A DNA stretch of 64,000 bases from an uncultured Acidimicrobiales bacterium (GCA_963787285.1 CAWBCM010000013.1:37562-101561); one strand, 5' to 3'. Shown: positions 51,186 through 60,727, counted from the first letter of the stretch. Notes: a model not told the origin generated them from the sequence alone. Program-made: numbers and translations.

Positions 51186-51985
51186 CCACCGACCCGCCTG
51201 TCTCGTTTCCCACCGAGCTCGGAACCTCCGATGCCGAGTCCATCACGTTGCTCGGGCACGATCTGGCCAACGACCTCATGGGAAAGGTGAGCTTCGGCGA
51301 GCTGGCCTACTGGTTGGTGGCCAAGCGGCGACCGACGCCCGAGCAGCTCACGATGTTCGAAGCCGTGCTCGTTGCGCTCGCCGACCATGGGTTCACCCCG
51401 ACGGCCATCGCCGCACGGGTCACCTACATCAGTGCACCCGACTCGATCCAGGGTGCACTGGCCGCCGGTCTACTCGGTGGCGGTTCCCGCTTTCTCGGCG
51501 TCACCGAGGACGCCGCCCAGTTCCTTGCCGCCGCCCTGGCCGATGTCGAGGTGATTCCCGTCGATGACGACGGGTGGGATGCGTTGGCCAGTGAGGTCGT
51601 CTCGACCACGAAGGCTGCCGGTCGTTTCGTGCCGGGTCTCGGCCATCCCGTGCACAAGGAGCAGGACCCGCGAACCCCGGTCCTGTTCGCGCTCGCCCGA
51701 CAGAACGGCCTCTTCGGTGCCCATCTCCAGTTGTTCGCGGCGATCGGACGGGTGAGTGAGGCGGTGCTCGGGCGTCGGCTGCCGCTGAACGGCGCGGGCA
51801 CATGCGGAGCGGTGCTGGCCGATCTCGACCTACCGCTCGGCGTGATGCGCGGTTTCGCGCTGCTGGCCCGCTGCGCAGGCCTCCTGGGGCACCTCGCCGA
51901 GGAGCAGAAGCCGGAAACCCAGGCCGGAATGGCCATGTATCTGAGCATCGACCGCAACACCGATTACCACTCGCCGTCGCCCTGA
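51182..51985 (+). CDS. citrate synthase-like / citryl-CoA lyase family protein (short form)
   Basis: GTG 51182 overlaps the CoA-transferase stop. It contains FEAVLVALADHGFTPTAIAARV...GGGSRFLG...VPGLGHPVHKEQDPR...LNGAGTCGAVL. Confidence 0.65.
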   Translation: MTTDPPVSFPTELGTSDAESITLLGHDLANDLMGKVSFGELAYWLVAKRRPTPEQLTMFEAVLVALADHGFTPTAIAARVTYISAPDSIQGALAAGLLGGGSRFLGVTEDAAQFLAAALADVEVIPVDDDGWDALASEVVSTTKAAGRFVPGLGHPVHKEQDPRTPVLFALARQNGLFGAHLQLFAAIGRVSEAVLGRRLPLNGAGTCGAVLADLDLPLGVMRGFALLARCAGLLGHLAEEQKPETQAGMAMYLSIDRNTDYHSPSP

Positions 51986-51994
51986 TCGGCTGCG

Positions 51995-53374
51995 CTATGC
52001 CCGGTGCCAGGTGGTGCCGTCGGCGGTGTCCTCGAGGATGATGCCGCGCGCCGCCAGCTCGTCGCGGATGCGGTCGGCCTCGGCGAAGTCGCGTGCGGCG
52101 CGAGCCTCGTTGCGGAAACCGATCATGACGGCGATCTCGTCGGCTTCCCCCGCTGAGGCGGTGTTGTCGCCCGCCGCCAGACCGAGCACCTCGGCGAGGT
52201 GGAGGGCGGTGTGACCGGCGCAGGCCGCGGTGGCGTCGTCGTCGACATCGAGAGCCTGGTTGGCACGGCGGACCAGACCGAAGATGACCTCGACGGCCGC
52301 CGGGGTGGAGAAGTCGTCGTCCATGGCGGCCTCGAACCGGGCGACGGCGTCGGCGTCGAGGGGCGCGCCGGCAACGTCGAGTCCGGCCGCCCCGAGGCGG
52401 CGATGCATGCTGTCGAGTCGCTTCAGTCCCTCGGCCGCGGCAACGAGCGCATCGTGGCCGATCTCCATGGTGCGCCGATAGTGGGTCTGCAGCATCAACA
52501 GTCGCAGCGCCCGCGGTTCGTGATGGTCGAGCAGCTCGGCGAGGGTGGTGAAGTTGCCGAGGCTCTTCGACATCTTCTCGCCGTCGACGTTCACCATTCC
52601 GTTGTGCAGCCAGTACCGCGCGAAGCGATGGGCGCTCGCGTCGGCCTGGGCGAGCTCGTTCTCGTGATGCGGGAACACCAGGTCGTCGCCGCCACCGTGG
52701 ATGTCGAAGCCGTCGCCGAGGATCGACAACGACATGGCCACACACTCGGTGTGCCAACCCGGCCGCCCCTTGCCCCACGGCGTCGGCCACGACGGCTCGC
52801 CGGGCTTGGCCGACTTCCACAGTGCGAAGTCGAGGGGTGAGCGCTTGCCCTCCTCGACCTCGACCCGCTGACCGGCACCTGCGGCGAGCTCGTCGCGGGT
52901 GCGACCTACCAGCTGCCCGTACGTCTCGGCGGCCGACGTGTCGAAGTACACGCCGAGGCCCTCGATGACATAGGCCGCGTCGTGCTGGAACAGCTCGGTG
53001 ATCGTGGCGATCATGCCGTCGATGAACTCGGTCGCTCGGGGGCTGACATCGGGACGAGCGATGCCGAGGCGATCCATTTCGCGGTAGTAGACGTCGGTGT
53101 ACTCGTCGGCGACGTCGGGTTCGGTGCGACCTTCTTCGGCAGCCCGCCCGATGATCTTGTCGTCGATGTCGGTGATGTTGGCCACATAGGTGACTTCGAA
53201 GCCTGCGTGGGCGAGGTATCGACGCATCACGTCGAACACCACCTCACGGCGAGCGTGCCCGACATGGGGCGTGTCGTACACCGTGGGTCCGCACACGTAC
53301 ATCGACACTCGGCCCGGTTCGCGGGGCTCGAATGGCACCTTCCGGCGCTGGAGGTTGTCGTGGACGTGGAGCAC
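51995..53374 (-). CDS. cysS: cysteine--tRNA ligase
   Basis: Contains [18 protein letters not shown] (HIGH-type motif) and KMSKSLGNF. 459 aa with a GTG start. Confidence 0.96.
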   Translation of the reverse strand: MLHVHDNLQRRKVPFEPREPGRVSMYVCGPTVYDTPHVGHARREVVFDVMRRYLAHAGFEVTYVANITDIDDKIIGRAAEEGRTEPDVADEYTDVYYREMDRLGIARPDVSPRATEFIDGMIATITELFQHDAAYVIEGLGVYFDTSAAETYGQLVGRTRDELAAGAGQRVEVEEGKRSPLDFALWKSAKPGEPSWPTPWGKGRPGWHTECVAMSLSILGDGFDIHGGGDDLVFPHHENELAQADASAHRFARYWLHNGMVNVDGEKMSKSLGNFTTLAELLDHHEPRALRLLMLQTHYRRTMEIGHDALVAAAEGLKRLDSMHRRLGAAGLDVAGAPLDADAVARFEAAMDDDFSTPAAVEVIFGLVRRANQALDVDDDATAACAGHTALHLAEVLGLAAGDNTASAGEADEIAVMIGFRNEARAARDFAEADRIRDELAARGIILEDTADGTTWHRA

Positions 53375-53400
53375 GGAGGCCAGGCTACTGATGCGCTGCC

Positions 53401-54837
53401 TCAGTCGGCCTGGGATATCGCCGGTCCGTCGGCGCCGGCGCGGCGGGGCAGGCCGGGGAAGTCGGGGGGATACGGGATCATCTCGGCCTCCAGGCGGACC
53501 AGCTCACGGCGGAGCTCGGCGACGATGTCGGTGTGATGGGGAGCGAGATCGGCGGCCTCCCGGCCATCGACGGTCACGTCGTACAACAGCTCGTACTCGC
53601 CCTCGTGGAGCGGCCAGTGGCCGAGCCTGCCGCGGGGCCGATGGTCACGGACGTACTTCCACCGGCCTCGCCGCAGGGCCGCCTGGCTGCTCGTGCGCCA
53701 GAACAGGTCGTGCGGCGGATAGTCGTCGCCGTCGATCAGCCACCCCAACAGGCTGGGCCCGTCGAGTGGGTGGTCGGGAGGTGGAGCCGTGCCCGCGGCG
53801 TCGAGAATCAGGTGGGTCCAGTCCATCGTGATGTTGGGTTCGGTGCTGATCTGGTGGCCGTCGACGGCGGCGGGCCAGCGAAGGAGGAACGGCACGCGGA
53901 TACCGCCCTCGGTGAGATCGCCCTTCTCGCCCACGAAGGGCCAGTTCCGCGACCATCGTTCGCCGCCGTTGTCCGAGCAGAAGCACACGATGGTGTCCTC
54001 GGCCCTGCCCGCCGCATCGAGGGCATCGAGCACCCGACCGATACCGGTGTCCATTGCCTCGACCAGTTCGCCGTACTTGGCCAGAGACCCATTGTGGAGG
54101 TCATAGAGCGGGTACCCGCTCGGTTCGTCCATCGCCTCGTACTCGGCTCGGATACGGGCGCCGACGAGGGCGTCGTCGGGGCCCTCCCATGGCCAGTGCG
54201 GCGCCGTGTAGTTGAGCTGGAGATAGAAGGGTCGGTCTCGCTCGGTGGCCACGTACTCGGCGGCACGATCGGAGATCATCCAGGTGAAGTAGCCGGTCTC
54301 CTCCACCGGTGTCTCGTTCTCCCACAGATCGGGCTGGCCGAGCGTGTCGAGATGCTCGAAGTAGTCGATGGCACCGTCCAGGCAACCGAAGAAGCGTTGG
54401 AACCCCGCCTTCGAAGGGCTGTACCAGGGCAGCCAGCCGCAGTGCCACTTGCCGAACATCGCCGTGTCGTAGCCGGCCTCACCGAGGAGGGAGGGCAAGG
54501 TCGGGTGATCGTGGGGAATGCCGGTGGCGTCGTCGCGGGTGCGCAGCGGCTCTTCGATTCCGGCCGGGATCCGCCCTGGATATCGGCCGGTGTACAGGCT
54601 GATGCGGGTCGGCGAGCACCACGGGGAGCCGCTGTAGGAGTGGGTGAAGCGAATGCCCTCGGCGGCCAGCCGATCGAGGTTCGGGGTGGAGATCTCGGTC
54701 GACCCGAAGCAGCCGAGATCGGCCCACCCGAGGTCGTCGGCCATGATGAAAACGATGTTCGGACGAGCGGCGGGTCGGCCCGAGCCGGTGCTGACGAAGA
54801 GGCGCTCGTCACCGACGGGGCCTTGTGCGTAGGTCAT
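53401..54837 (-). CDS. Cys-type sulfatase (arylsulfatase family)
   Basis: NIVFIMADDLGWADLGCFGS...SPWCSPTRISLYTGRY carries the C-x-P-x-R formylglycine motif. Start ATG 54835-54837. No obvious signal peptide. Confidence 0.88.
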   Translation of the reverse strand: MTYAQGPVGDERLFVSTGSGRPAARPNIVFIMADDLGWADLGCFGSTEISTPNLDRLAAEGIRFTHSYSGSPWCSPTRISLYTGRYPGRIPAGIEEPLRTRDDATGIPHDHPTLPSLLGEAGYDTAMFGKWHCGWLPWYSPSKAGFQRFFGCLDGAIDYFEHLDTLGQPDLWENETPVEETGYFTWMISDRAAEYVATERDRPFYLQLNYTAPHWPWEGPDDALVGARIRAEYEAMDEPSGYPLYDLHNGSLAKYGELVEAMDTGIGRVLDALDAAGRAEDTIVCFCSDNGGERWSRNWPFVGEKGDLTEGGIRVPFLLRWPAAVDGHQISTEPNITMDWTHLILDAAGTAPPPDHPLDGPSLLGWLIDGDDYPPHDLFWRTSSQAALRRGRWKYVRDHRPRGRLGHWPLHEGEYELLYDVTVDGREAADLAPHHTDIVAELRRELVRLEAEMIPYPPDFPGLPRRAGADGPAISQAD

Positions 54838-54850
54838 TGGTCCGGTGGTG

Positions 54851-56482
54851 TCAGCCGACGGGATCGGGCAAAACGCTGACACTCGAGAAGCACATCTCGT
54901 CGACGGTTCCCTCGTTCCAGGTGATGTAGCGCGGCTCGGGAAGATCGACCAGGGCTCGATCCCAGGTGCACTCGAAACGGATGACGTCGTCGGGTTCGAT
55001 GGCGATGTCGTCGACGGGCACGTAGTACAACTGCCACTCGAAGTCCCACACGGGGATGTCGAGCAGGATCTGCTCGTCGGGTGTGTCGGGGTTGAGGGTC
55101 ATGCGGTAGGCCGCCCCGAATTCGTGCATGTGGCCCAACACCGAGTACAGCGTGCCTCGCTGTCCGGCAGCAAGATCGCACGAGCTGGAGAAGCGCGTGC
55201 CGTCGAGGTCGTCGTAGTCGTCGACCGTGCCGCCGCACTGATTGATGAGGAAGTCGGGGATGAACGGGGCGATACCACCGTACTTGCGGCCGATGTCGGC
55301 GAGCACCGCGTCGCGGTCACAGAGCGGACCCGACTCCTCCGGTGTGCAGGGCCCTTCGGCCGGTGTCAGGTAGGTGCGGCCCGACACCGCCGTCATCGGC
55401 GCGTCCAACTGGGCCAGCTCGGCGGCGTCGACCGTCTCGAACACGAGGACCGACTGGTCCGCCGGCGCCGGACCGTCGAAGTGATAGTGGACCTGGTTCA
55501 CGATGAAGGCCCCCGGTGGGAGGTACAGGCCATAGCCCTCGGGGTAGACCCGCGGTTGCTGACCCGGTGCCCATCCGCCGATGGACGTCACGCCCTCGGT
55601 CTGGAGGTTCGACAGGCCGAAGCAGGTCCAGCCGGGGCGCCCGTCGCTGCCGTCCTTGCGCATGGCCTCGGCCCGCCCGGCGGCGGGCACGGTGTAGACG
55701 ATGGAGTGGTGCACGACCTCGTCCTGATCGGGCTCGAAGGCGATGCCGGTGATCCATTCGCCGTCGCCTTCGGGATCGTCGATCTCGTGGATGAGGCAGC
55801 GGTAGTCGTCGGGCACCGAGGGATCGCCGGTGTACGGGGCACTGGCGGGGACGACCTGATCGCGTTCGATGGCCTCGAACGCCTCGGCCCGGGCCACCAG
55901 CGGCGTGTCGGCCGCGACGTCGATGGTGCCACCGTCGGCCACCCAGGCGGTGATGATCTCGATGTCGCGATCGGACAGGGAGATGTCGTGCTCGAACGCG
56001 ACGCTGAGGTCGGACGCGGGGAACGGAGGCATGTACCGGGCCGCGGTGACGAGCCCGATGTCGCCGGCGAGGGCGGTGGCGTCACCGGCGGTGTCGAGTG
56101 GATTGTGCGGCGATCCGGGGCCATTGGTGCGGTGGCACGACACGCAACCGATCTCGAGGATGGGCTGCACGTACTCGGCGAAAGTGACGACGGCCGGTAG
56201 GGGAGGGTCGTCGATAGTCGGAATCGGCTCGGGAACCGAAGTCGCTTCGAGGTCGACGGTGTCGTCGAGGGGAGCCTTCGGTGCCGCGGTGGGGGTCTCG
56301 GCGGATTCGGGTGCAGCCAGGTCACTCTGTGGTGGAGGCTCGGTGGCGATGTCGTTGCCATCGGACGAACCGCACGCGATGGCGAAGAACGCAACCATGA
56401 CGGCGACCGCCGCCACGCGTGCAACGGTTCGGCCGCGTGGTTCGGGATGGTCGATCATGGAGCTACCAATCGGCGATGACAC
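54851..56482 (-). CDS. lipoprotein with an N-terminal CxxCH motif fused to a copper type II ascorbate-dependent monooxygenase (PHM/DBH)-like catalytic core
   Basis: Lipobox FFAIAC-GSS. YVQPILEIGCVSCHRTNGPG resembles a Planctomycete-cytochrome-C-like CxxCH. The copper-ligand pattern is VVHHSIVY (HH), NQVHYHF, GHMHEFG (HxH) and TVDEMCF (Met ligand). An alternative ATG start lies at 56458. Confidence 0.7.
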   Translation of the reverse strand: MSSPIGSSMIDHPEPRGRTVARVAAVAVMVAFFAIACGSSDGNDIATEPPPQSDLAAPESAETPTAAPKAPLDDTVDLEATSVPEPIPTIDDPPLPAVVTFAEYVQPILEIGCVSCHRTNGPGSPHNPLDTAGDATALAGDIGLVTAARYMPPFPASDLSVAFEHDISLSDRDIEIITAWVADGGTIDVAADTPLVARAEAFEAIERDQVVPASAPYTGDPSVPDDYRCLIHEIDDPEGDGEWITGIAFEPDQDEVVHHSIVYTVPAAGRAEAMRKDGSDGRPGWTCFGLSNLQTEGVTSIGGWAPGQQPRVYPEGYGLYLPPGAFIVNQVHYHFDGPAPADQSVLVFETVDAAELAQLDAPMTAVSGRTYLTPAEGPCTPEESGPLCDRDAVLADIGRKYGGIAPFIPDFLINQCGGTVDDYDDLDGTRFSSSCDLAAGQRGTLYSVLGHMHEFGAAYRMTLNPDTPDEQILLDIPVWDFEWQLYYVPVDDIAIEPDDVIRFECTWDRALVDLPEPRYITWNEGTVDEMCFSSVSVLPDPVG

Positions 56483-56528
56483 GGAACTGCTGAGTGTAGG
56501 TGGCCGCTCCGACGGCCGACACCGGGGC

Positions 56529-58541
56529 TCAGATCGGTTCGATCTCGATGGCCTCGATGGCGGGCACCGCCAGGAGGTCGATCAGCGTCTGGCGGTCGTC
56601 GTCGGCCGAGATCAGGATGACGATGGGGGCCAGCTCGGCGCCCTGTTCGACCCACAGGTCGAGGGTGAAGCCGTCGGGCGACGAGCCGACGAGGTGGCGC
56701 CACGAGCGCCCTCCGATGTCCACAGGGTCCTCTTCGGCGATGGTCATGTCGAGCTGATCGCCCACGACCGAGGCGAGCTGATCGGCGATGAAGGCCGGTC
56801 CCCCGAGCTGCACGATGGCCGTTTCATCGGTGATCGACGCGCTCCTGCTCGACTGGACTCCGGTGGCGTCGGCGGTCCAGCCCACCGGCCGCACGCTCAG
56901 GAGGCTGACGCCGAAGTCGGCGATGTCGACCGAGTACGGCTCGAGCTCGATCGACTCGACGGGAACGGGGAGGAAGGCCGGCGGGTCGAGTCGGTCGACG
57001 CAGGAGATGTCGAGGGTGTTCGGTTCCACGATGAACGCCGCGGCGATCTGCATGCCACAGGGGTCACCGGTGACACCGTGGGCCAGCGTCGGGAACGCGA
57101 CCACACGGGCATTGTCGAGCTGGGCGGCGGCCGCCTCGGCCCACTCCGGTGGCGTCACGGGATCGAAGTAGCCGGCGAGCAACAGGGTGGGGATCGACCC
57201 GGTCACCGGCTCGTTCTGACTGGCCGACGCCTGCCCGGCCGGCCACGCCTCGCAGACGTCGAAGGCGAAGGATCCGACGTTCTCGGACGTTTCGAGTGGA
57301 CGTTCCCAGAGCGGGTCGGCCGGCTGGGCGGTATCGACCGCGTCGGGGGAGCTGAACGGCACTTCGTCGTGGCACGCGAACGAGAACAACAACCCGGGGG
57401 TGAAGAACGCCTCGTTGGTGGCGTCGAGGCTGAGGAAGGTCTCGGCCACGCCGACGCGGCCCGCCTCGAGGTCGACGACCAGTTCGGGCAGATCGGTGAA
57501 GGCGATCGGGTCGTACAAGGCTCCGAGGACCATCCCGAGCAGCGCATCGCCGTCGACGAGCACGTCGTCGGTACCCCCGGTGAGGAAGTTCGTGGCCGTT
57601 GCGGGCAGCGGATCGGCTTCGAGGCTCTCGAAGAGGGCACGGAAACGCTCGTCGAGGAACGGGAAGCGACCGGCGCAGTCGGCGTCGGCCGCACAGGCCG
57701 CCAGCACCCGCTCGTACGACCGAACCAACGACGCCTGCGTGTCGGCGGTGGCGTCGACCTCGGGCGGAAGGGTGGAGTCGAGAACCGCCGTGCGAACGAT
57801 GTCAGGGTGGCGCTTCATCACTTCGAGCCCCAGTCGGGTGCCGTAGCTGATGCCGAAGAGGTCGAGCTGATCGACGCCGAGGGCTCGGCGGATCTGGTCG
57901 ACGTCGTCGGCGTTGTTCGCCGTGTTGTACTGCGCGAGGTCGACTCCGGCGGTACTCAGCCGCTGATGGCAGGCCGTCAGCCCGTCGAGCACGTTCTGTC
58001 GGTACCCGTCGGGGTCGAGATCGGGTCGAACCGCCACCTCGTCGTAGACCGCATCGAGCTCGGGGCAGTCGAGCCGGGGTACCGATTGGCCGACCCCTCG
58101 TTGATCGAACACGATGACGGCGGCGTGGTCGAGAAGCGGCAGGTACCGGTCGGCGTAGACGAACGGAATGGTCTCGAGCGCATGGCCGCCGGGACCCCCC
58201 TCGAGATAGATCGTCGGGGTGGCCGCAGGATCGTCGGCAGTGCTGGCCAGCACCGAGACGGCCAGATCGACGGTGCCCGCCGACGGATCGTCGTAGTTCT
58301 CGGGAACGCTGACGGTGCCGCATTCGATCGTGGCGCCACCGGGAACGTCGAAGGAGCAGGGGCCAGGGACGAAGGTCCCCGCGATCTCGGCCGAACCGGA
58401 AGGCTCGGGCACCGAACCGTCGTCGGCTACTTGTGGTGTCGGCTCGGCCTCGGGAATCGCCAGGTCGAAGTTGGGGCTGCAGGCACCGACGGCCAACGCA
58501 GTCACCGCTACGGCGCCGAGGAGCCGCCCGAGGGAAGTCAT
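56529..58541 (-). CDS. secreted alpha/beta-hydrolase lipoprotein, tripeptidyl aminopeptidase (TAP, S33)-like, with a C-terminal extension
   Basis: Lipobox LAVGAC-SPN. It contains YLEGGPGG...FDQRGVGQS...LFGISYGTRLG (nucleophile elbow GxSxG)...AHGV. Start ATG 58539-58541. Confidence 0.8.
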   Translation of the reverse strand: MTSLGRLLGAVAVTALAVGACSPNFDLAIPEAEPTPQVADDGSVPEPSGSAEIAGTFVPGPCSFDVPGGATIECGTVSVPENYDDPSAGTVDLAVSVLASTADDPAATPTIYLEGGPGGHALETIPFVYADRYLPLLDHAAVIVFDQRGVGQSVPRLDCPELDAVYDEVAVRPDLDPDGYRQNVLDGLTACHQRLSTAGVDLAQYNTANNADDVDQIRRALGVDQLDLFGISYGTRLGLEVMKRHPDIVRTAVLDSTLPPEVDATADTQASLVRSYERVLAACAADADCAGRFPFLDERFRALFESLEADPLPATATNFLTGGTDDVLVDGDALLGMVLGALYDPIAFTDLPELVVDLEAGRVGVAETFLSLDATNEAFFTPGLLFSFACHDEVPFSSPDAVDTAQPADPLWERPLETSENVGSFAFDVCEAWPAGQASASQNEPVTGSIPTLLLAGYFDPVTPPEWAEAAAAQLDNARVVAFPTLAHGVTGDPCGMQIAAAFIVEPNTLDISCVDRLDPPAFLPVPVESIELEPYSVDIADFGVSLLSVRPVGWTADATGVQSSRSASITDETAIVQLGGPAFIADQLASVVGDQLDMTIAEEDPVDIGGRSWRHLVGSSPDGFTLDLWVEQGAELAPIVILISADDDRQTLIDLLAVPAIEAIEIEPI

Positions 58542-58735
58542 GGGGGGCAGACTAGCGAGCGGGAGGTGCCTCCCTGTCGCGCATCGACCCGCCGCCGAAG
58601 CAACGGGCCGATGGCACTGGAGGGGAACCCGCCTCACCGAATGGCTCGGCTGGTTCTCCCTCCGACTCCTCAGTTTGCAGTGTGGTTACATTCACCCATC
58701 GCAAAACACGTGGAGCGCGACGACGGCGGGCGCGC

Positions 58736-59384
58736 TCAGCCCTTCGCCGCCTTGCGTCGACGGGTCGACTCGAGGTCGGGCTCGACCAATCGGTCACGTT
58801 TCAGTTCGCTGAAGTTGTCGTAACGGACCAACCACGACATGTGGTGCCAGAGGGCGCGTGCCTCGTCGGGATCGGTGGTGGGATTGGAGATCACCGGCCC
58901 GAAGATGGCCGGCCCGTCGCCACCGTCGAGCACGATCGCCGGTACGCCGAACGCGGCCGTGCGTTCGACCAGCGACCGGTGGTCCGCCAGCAGCCGATCG
59001 AAGGTGGCCCGGTCGGCCATCGCCTCGGCGAGTCGCTCGGGCGGCAATCCGGCGGCGGAGAGCGCCTTGCGCACGACGTGGTGGTCGTCGAGGTCGAGCC
59101 CGGAGTGATGACCGGGCCGAGCCCAGGGCGGAGTAGAGCCGTCCGAGCGCCTCGTTTCCGTCGGTGTCACGCACCAGCACGCACGTGCGGAGCGCCGCCA
59201 CGCCGCGCGCGGCGTCGATGTCGAGCTCGGCGATGTCGCCCTGGTGGTTCTGGATGGCTAGCGAGAACACGTCCCACTCGACCTCGAGATCACCCAGCCC
59301 CACGAGCTGTTTGATCCATCCAGAGGTCTGGAAGCACCATGGTCAGAGTGGGTCGAAGTGAAAGTCGATCTTCTCGGTCGGCAT
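58736..59384 (-). CDS. DsbA-like thioredoxin-fold protein of the Rv2466c (mycothiol-dependent reductase) type, with an in-frame TGA (59343-59345) replacing the first Cys of CPWC, plus a frameshift near 59110-59125
   Basis: From ATG 59382-59384 the translation is [13 protein letters not shown][TGA][32 protein letters not shown]...LGRLYSALG. It then switches frame to ...[27 protein letters not shown]...[10 protein letters not shown]...FGPVIS...NFSELKRDR. From memory, this parallels Rv2466c (FWFDPLCPWCWITSRW...FFELKRTR). Confidence 0.6.
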
Positions 59385-59499
59385 TCGGCCGACCCTATCG
59401 GGACCCGCCGGTCGCAAGTCGCGCCGAACGCCCGTAGCATGGTGAGTCGCTCGTGGCCGCTAGGCGCGCCCGCACCGGGCTTGTTCCGAGGAAAGAACG

Positions 59500-59736
59500 A
59501 TGTCGAAGATCTGTCAGGTAACCGGACGCAAGCCAGCGTTCGGCAACAACGTGTCGCACTCGCACCGCAAGACGCGGCGTCGGTGGGATCCGAACATCCA
59601 GAACCACCGTTTCTGGGTTCCGTCCGAGAAGCGCTGGATCAGCCTCACCGTTTCGGCCAAGGGGATCAAGACGATCAACAAGCACGGCATCGAGAAGGTC
59701 GTGGCCGACATGCGCAAGCGTGGGGAGAAGCTCTGA
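59500..59736 (+). CDS. rpmB: 50S ribosomal protein L28
   Basis: [59 protein letters not shown]... Confidence 0.95.
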   Translation: MSKICQVTGRKPAFGNNVSHSHRKTRRRWDPNIQNHRFWVPSEKRWISLTVSAKGIKTINKHGIEKVVADMRKRGEKL

Positions 59737-59903
59737 TGCCCGCCGGTTCCGACAAGCGACCCATCATCAAGCTCAAGTCCACTGCTGGCACGGGCTACAC
59801 GTACGTGACCACCAAGAACAAGGTCAACCAGCGTGAGCGCATCGAGCTGAAGAAGTACGATCCCGTCGTACGCAAGCACGTGATCTTCAAGGAAGAGAAG
59901 TAA
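59736..59903 (+). CDS. rpmG: 50S ribosomal protein L33 (Cys-less form)
   Basis: ATG 59736 overlaps the rpmB TGA stop. [55 protein letters not shown]. Confidence 0.93.
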   Translation: MPAGSDKRPIIKLKSTAGTGYTYVTTKNKVNQRERIELKKYDPVVRKHVIFKEEK

Positions 59904-59925
59904 GTCTTCCCGTAAGGGAGTGCTG

Positions 59926-60705
59926 ATGCCCTCGATCGACGAGGGGCGCGAGATTCTGTCGGCGGTGCTGGTCACCGACGATCCCCGCCCCGGGCTCTGG
60001 GAGTTCGTCGACACCGGTCTGGCCGACGCCTTCGTGCCCGAGCTGCCCGCTCTCCGCCTCGAGCAGGACCCCATTCACCGGCACAAGGACGTGCTGGCCC
60101 ACACCATTGCGGTCACCGCCCAGACGCGGGCCGAGCTGCGACTGCGGCTGGCCGCGCTGTTCCACGACGTCGGCAAGCCCCGCACCCGGCGCATCGACGA
60201 CGAGGGGGTGACCTTCCGTCACCACGAGGCGGTCGGCGCCAAGCTGACGAGGAAACGACTGCGCGAGCTCGGCTACGACGACGACGTCGTCGACGACGTG
60301 ACCGAGCTGGTCAGGTTGTCGGGACGGTTCAAGGGATTCGCGGCGGGTTGGAGCGACTCCGCCGTCCGGCGCTATGCCCGCGACGCCGGGCATCTCCTTG
60401 GCCTGCTGAACGAACTGGTGCGGGCCGACTGCACCACCCGCCACGAGCACAAACGGGTCGAGCTCCACAGCCACGTCGACGAGCTGGAGGACCGGATCCA
60501 CGCGCTGGCCGAGGAGGATCGACGCAACGCCGAGCGGCCTCTGCTCGATGGTCAAACGGTGATGGCCCACCTCGGGATCGAACCGGGTCCCGATGTGGGC
60601 GCAGCGATGACGTTCCTGCTCGCCCTGAAGCGAGCCGAACCCGACCTCGACGAGGCGGCCACCATCGCGCGCCTCGACCAATGGTGGGCGGCCCGCAACC
60701 GCTGA
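59926..60705 (+). CDS. HD-domain protein homologous to the C-terminal half of actinobacterial CCA-adding enzyme / poly(A) polymerase; no nucleotidyltransferase domain
   Basis: ATG 59926 follows AAGGGAG. It contains DPIHRHKDVLAHTIAV...AALFHDVGKPRTR...TFRHHEAVGAKL. Only 22 nt separate it from the rpmG stop, which leaves no room for an N-terminal PolyA_pol domain. Confidence 0.65.
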   Translation: MPSIDEGREILSAVLVTDDPRPGLWEFVDTGLADAFVPELPALRLEQDPIHRHKDVLAHTIAVTAQTRAELRLRLAALFHDVGKPRTRRIDDEGVTFRHHEAVGAKLTRKRLRELGYDDDVVDDVTELVRLSGRFKGFAAGWSDSAVRRYARDAGHLLGLLNELVRADCTTRHEHKRVELHSHVDELEDRIHALAEEDRRNAERPLLDGQTVMAHLGIEPGPDVGAAMTFLLALKRAEPDLDEAATIARLDQWWAARNR

Positions 60706-60727
60706 GATCGTCGCCGATGGGCTCTGC

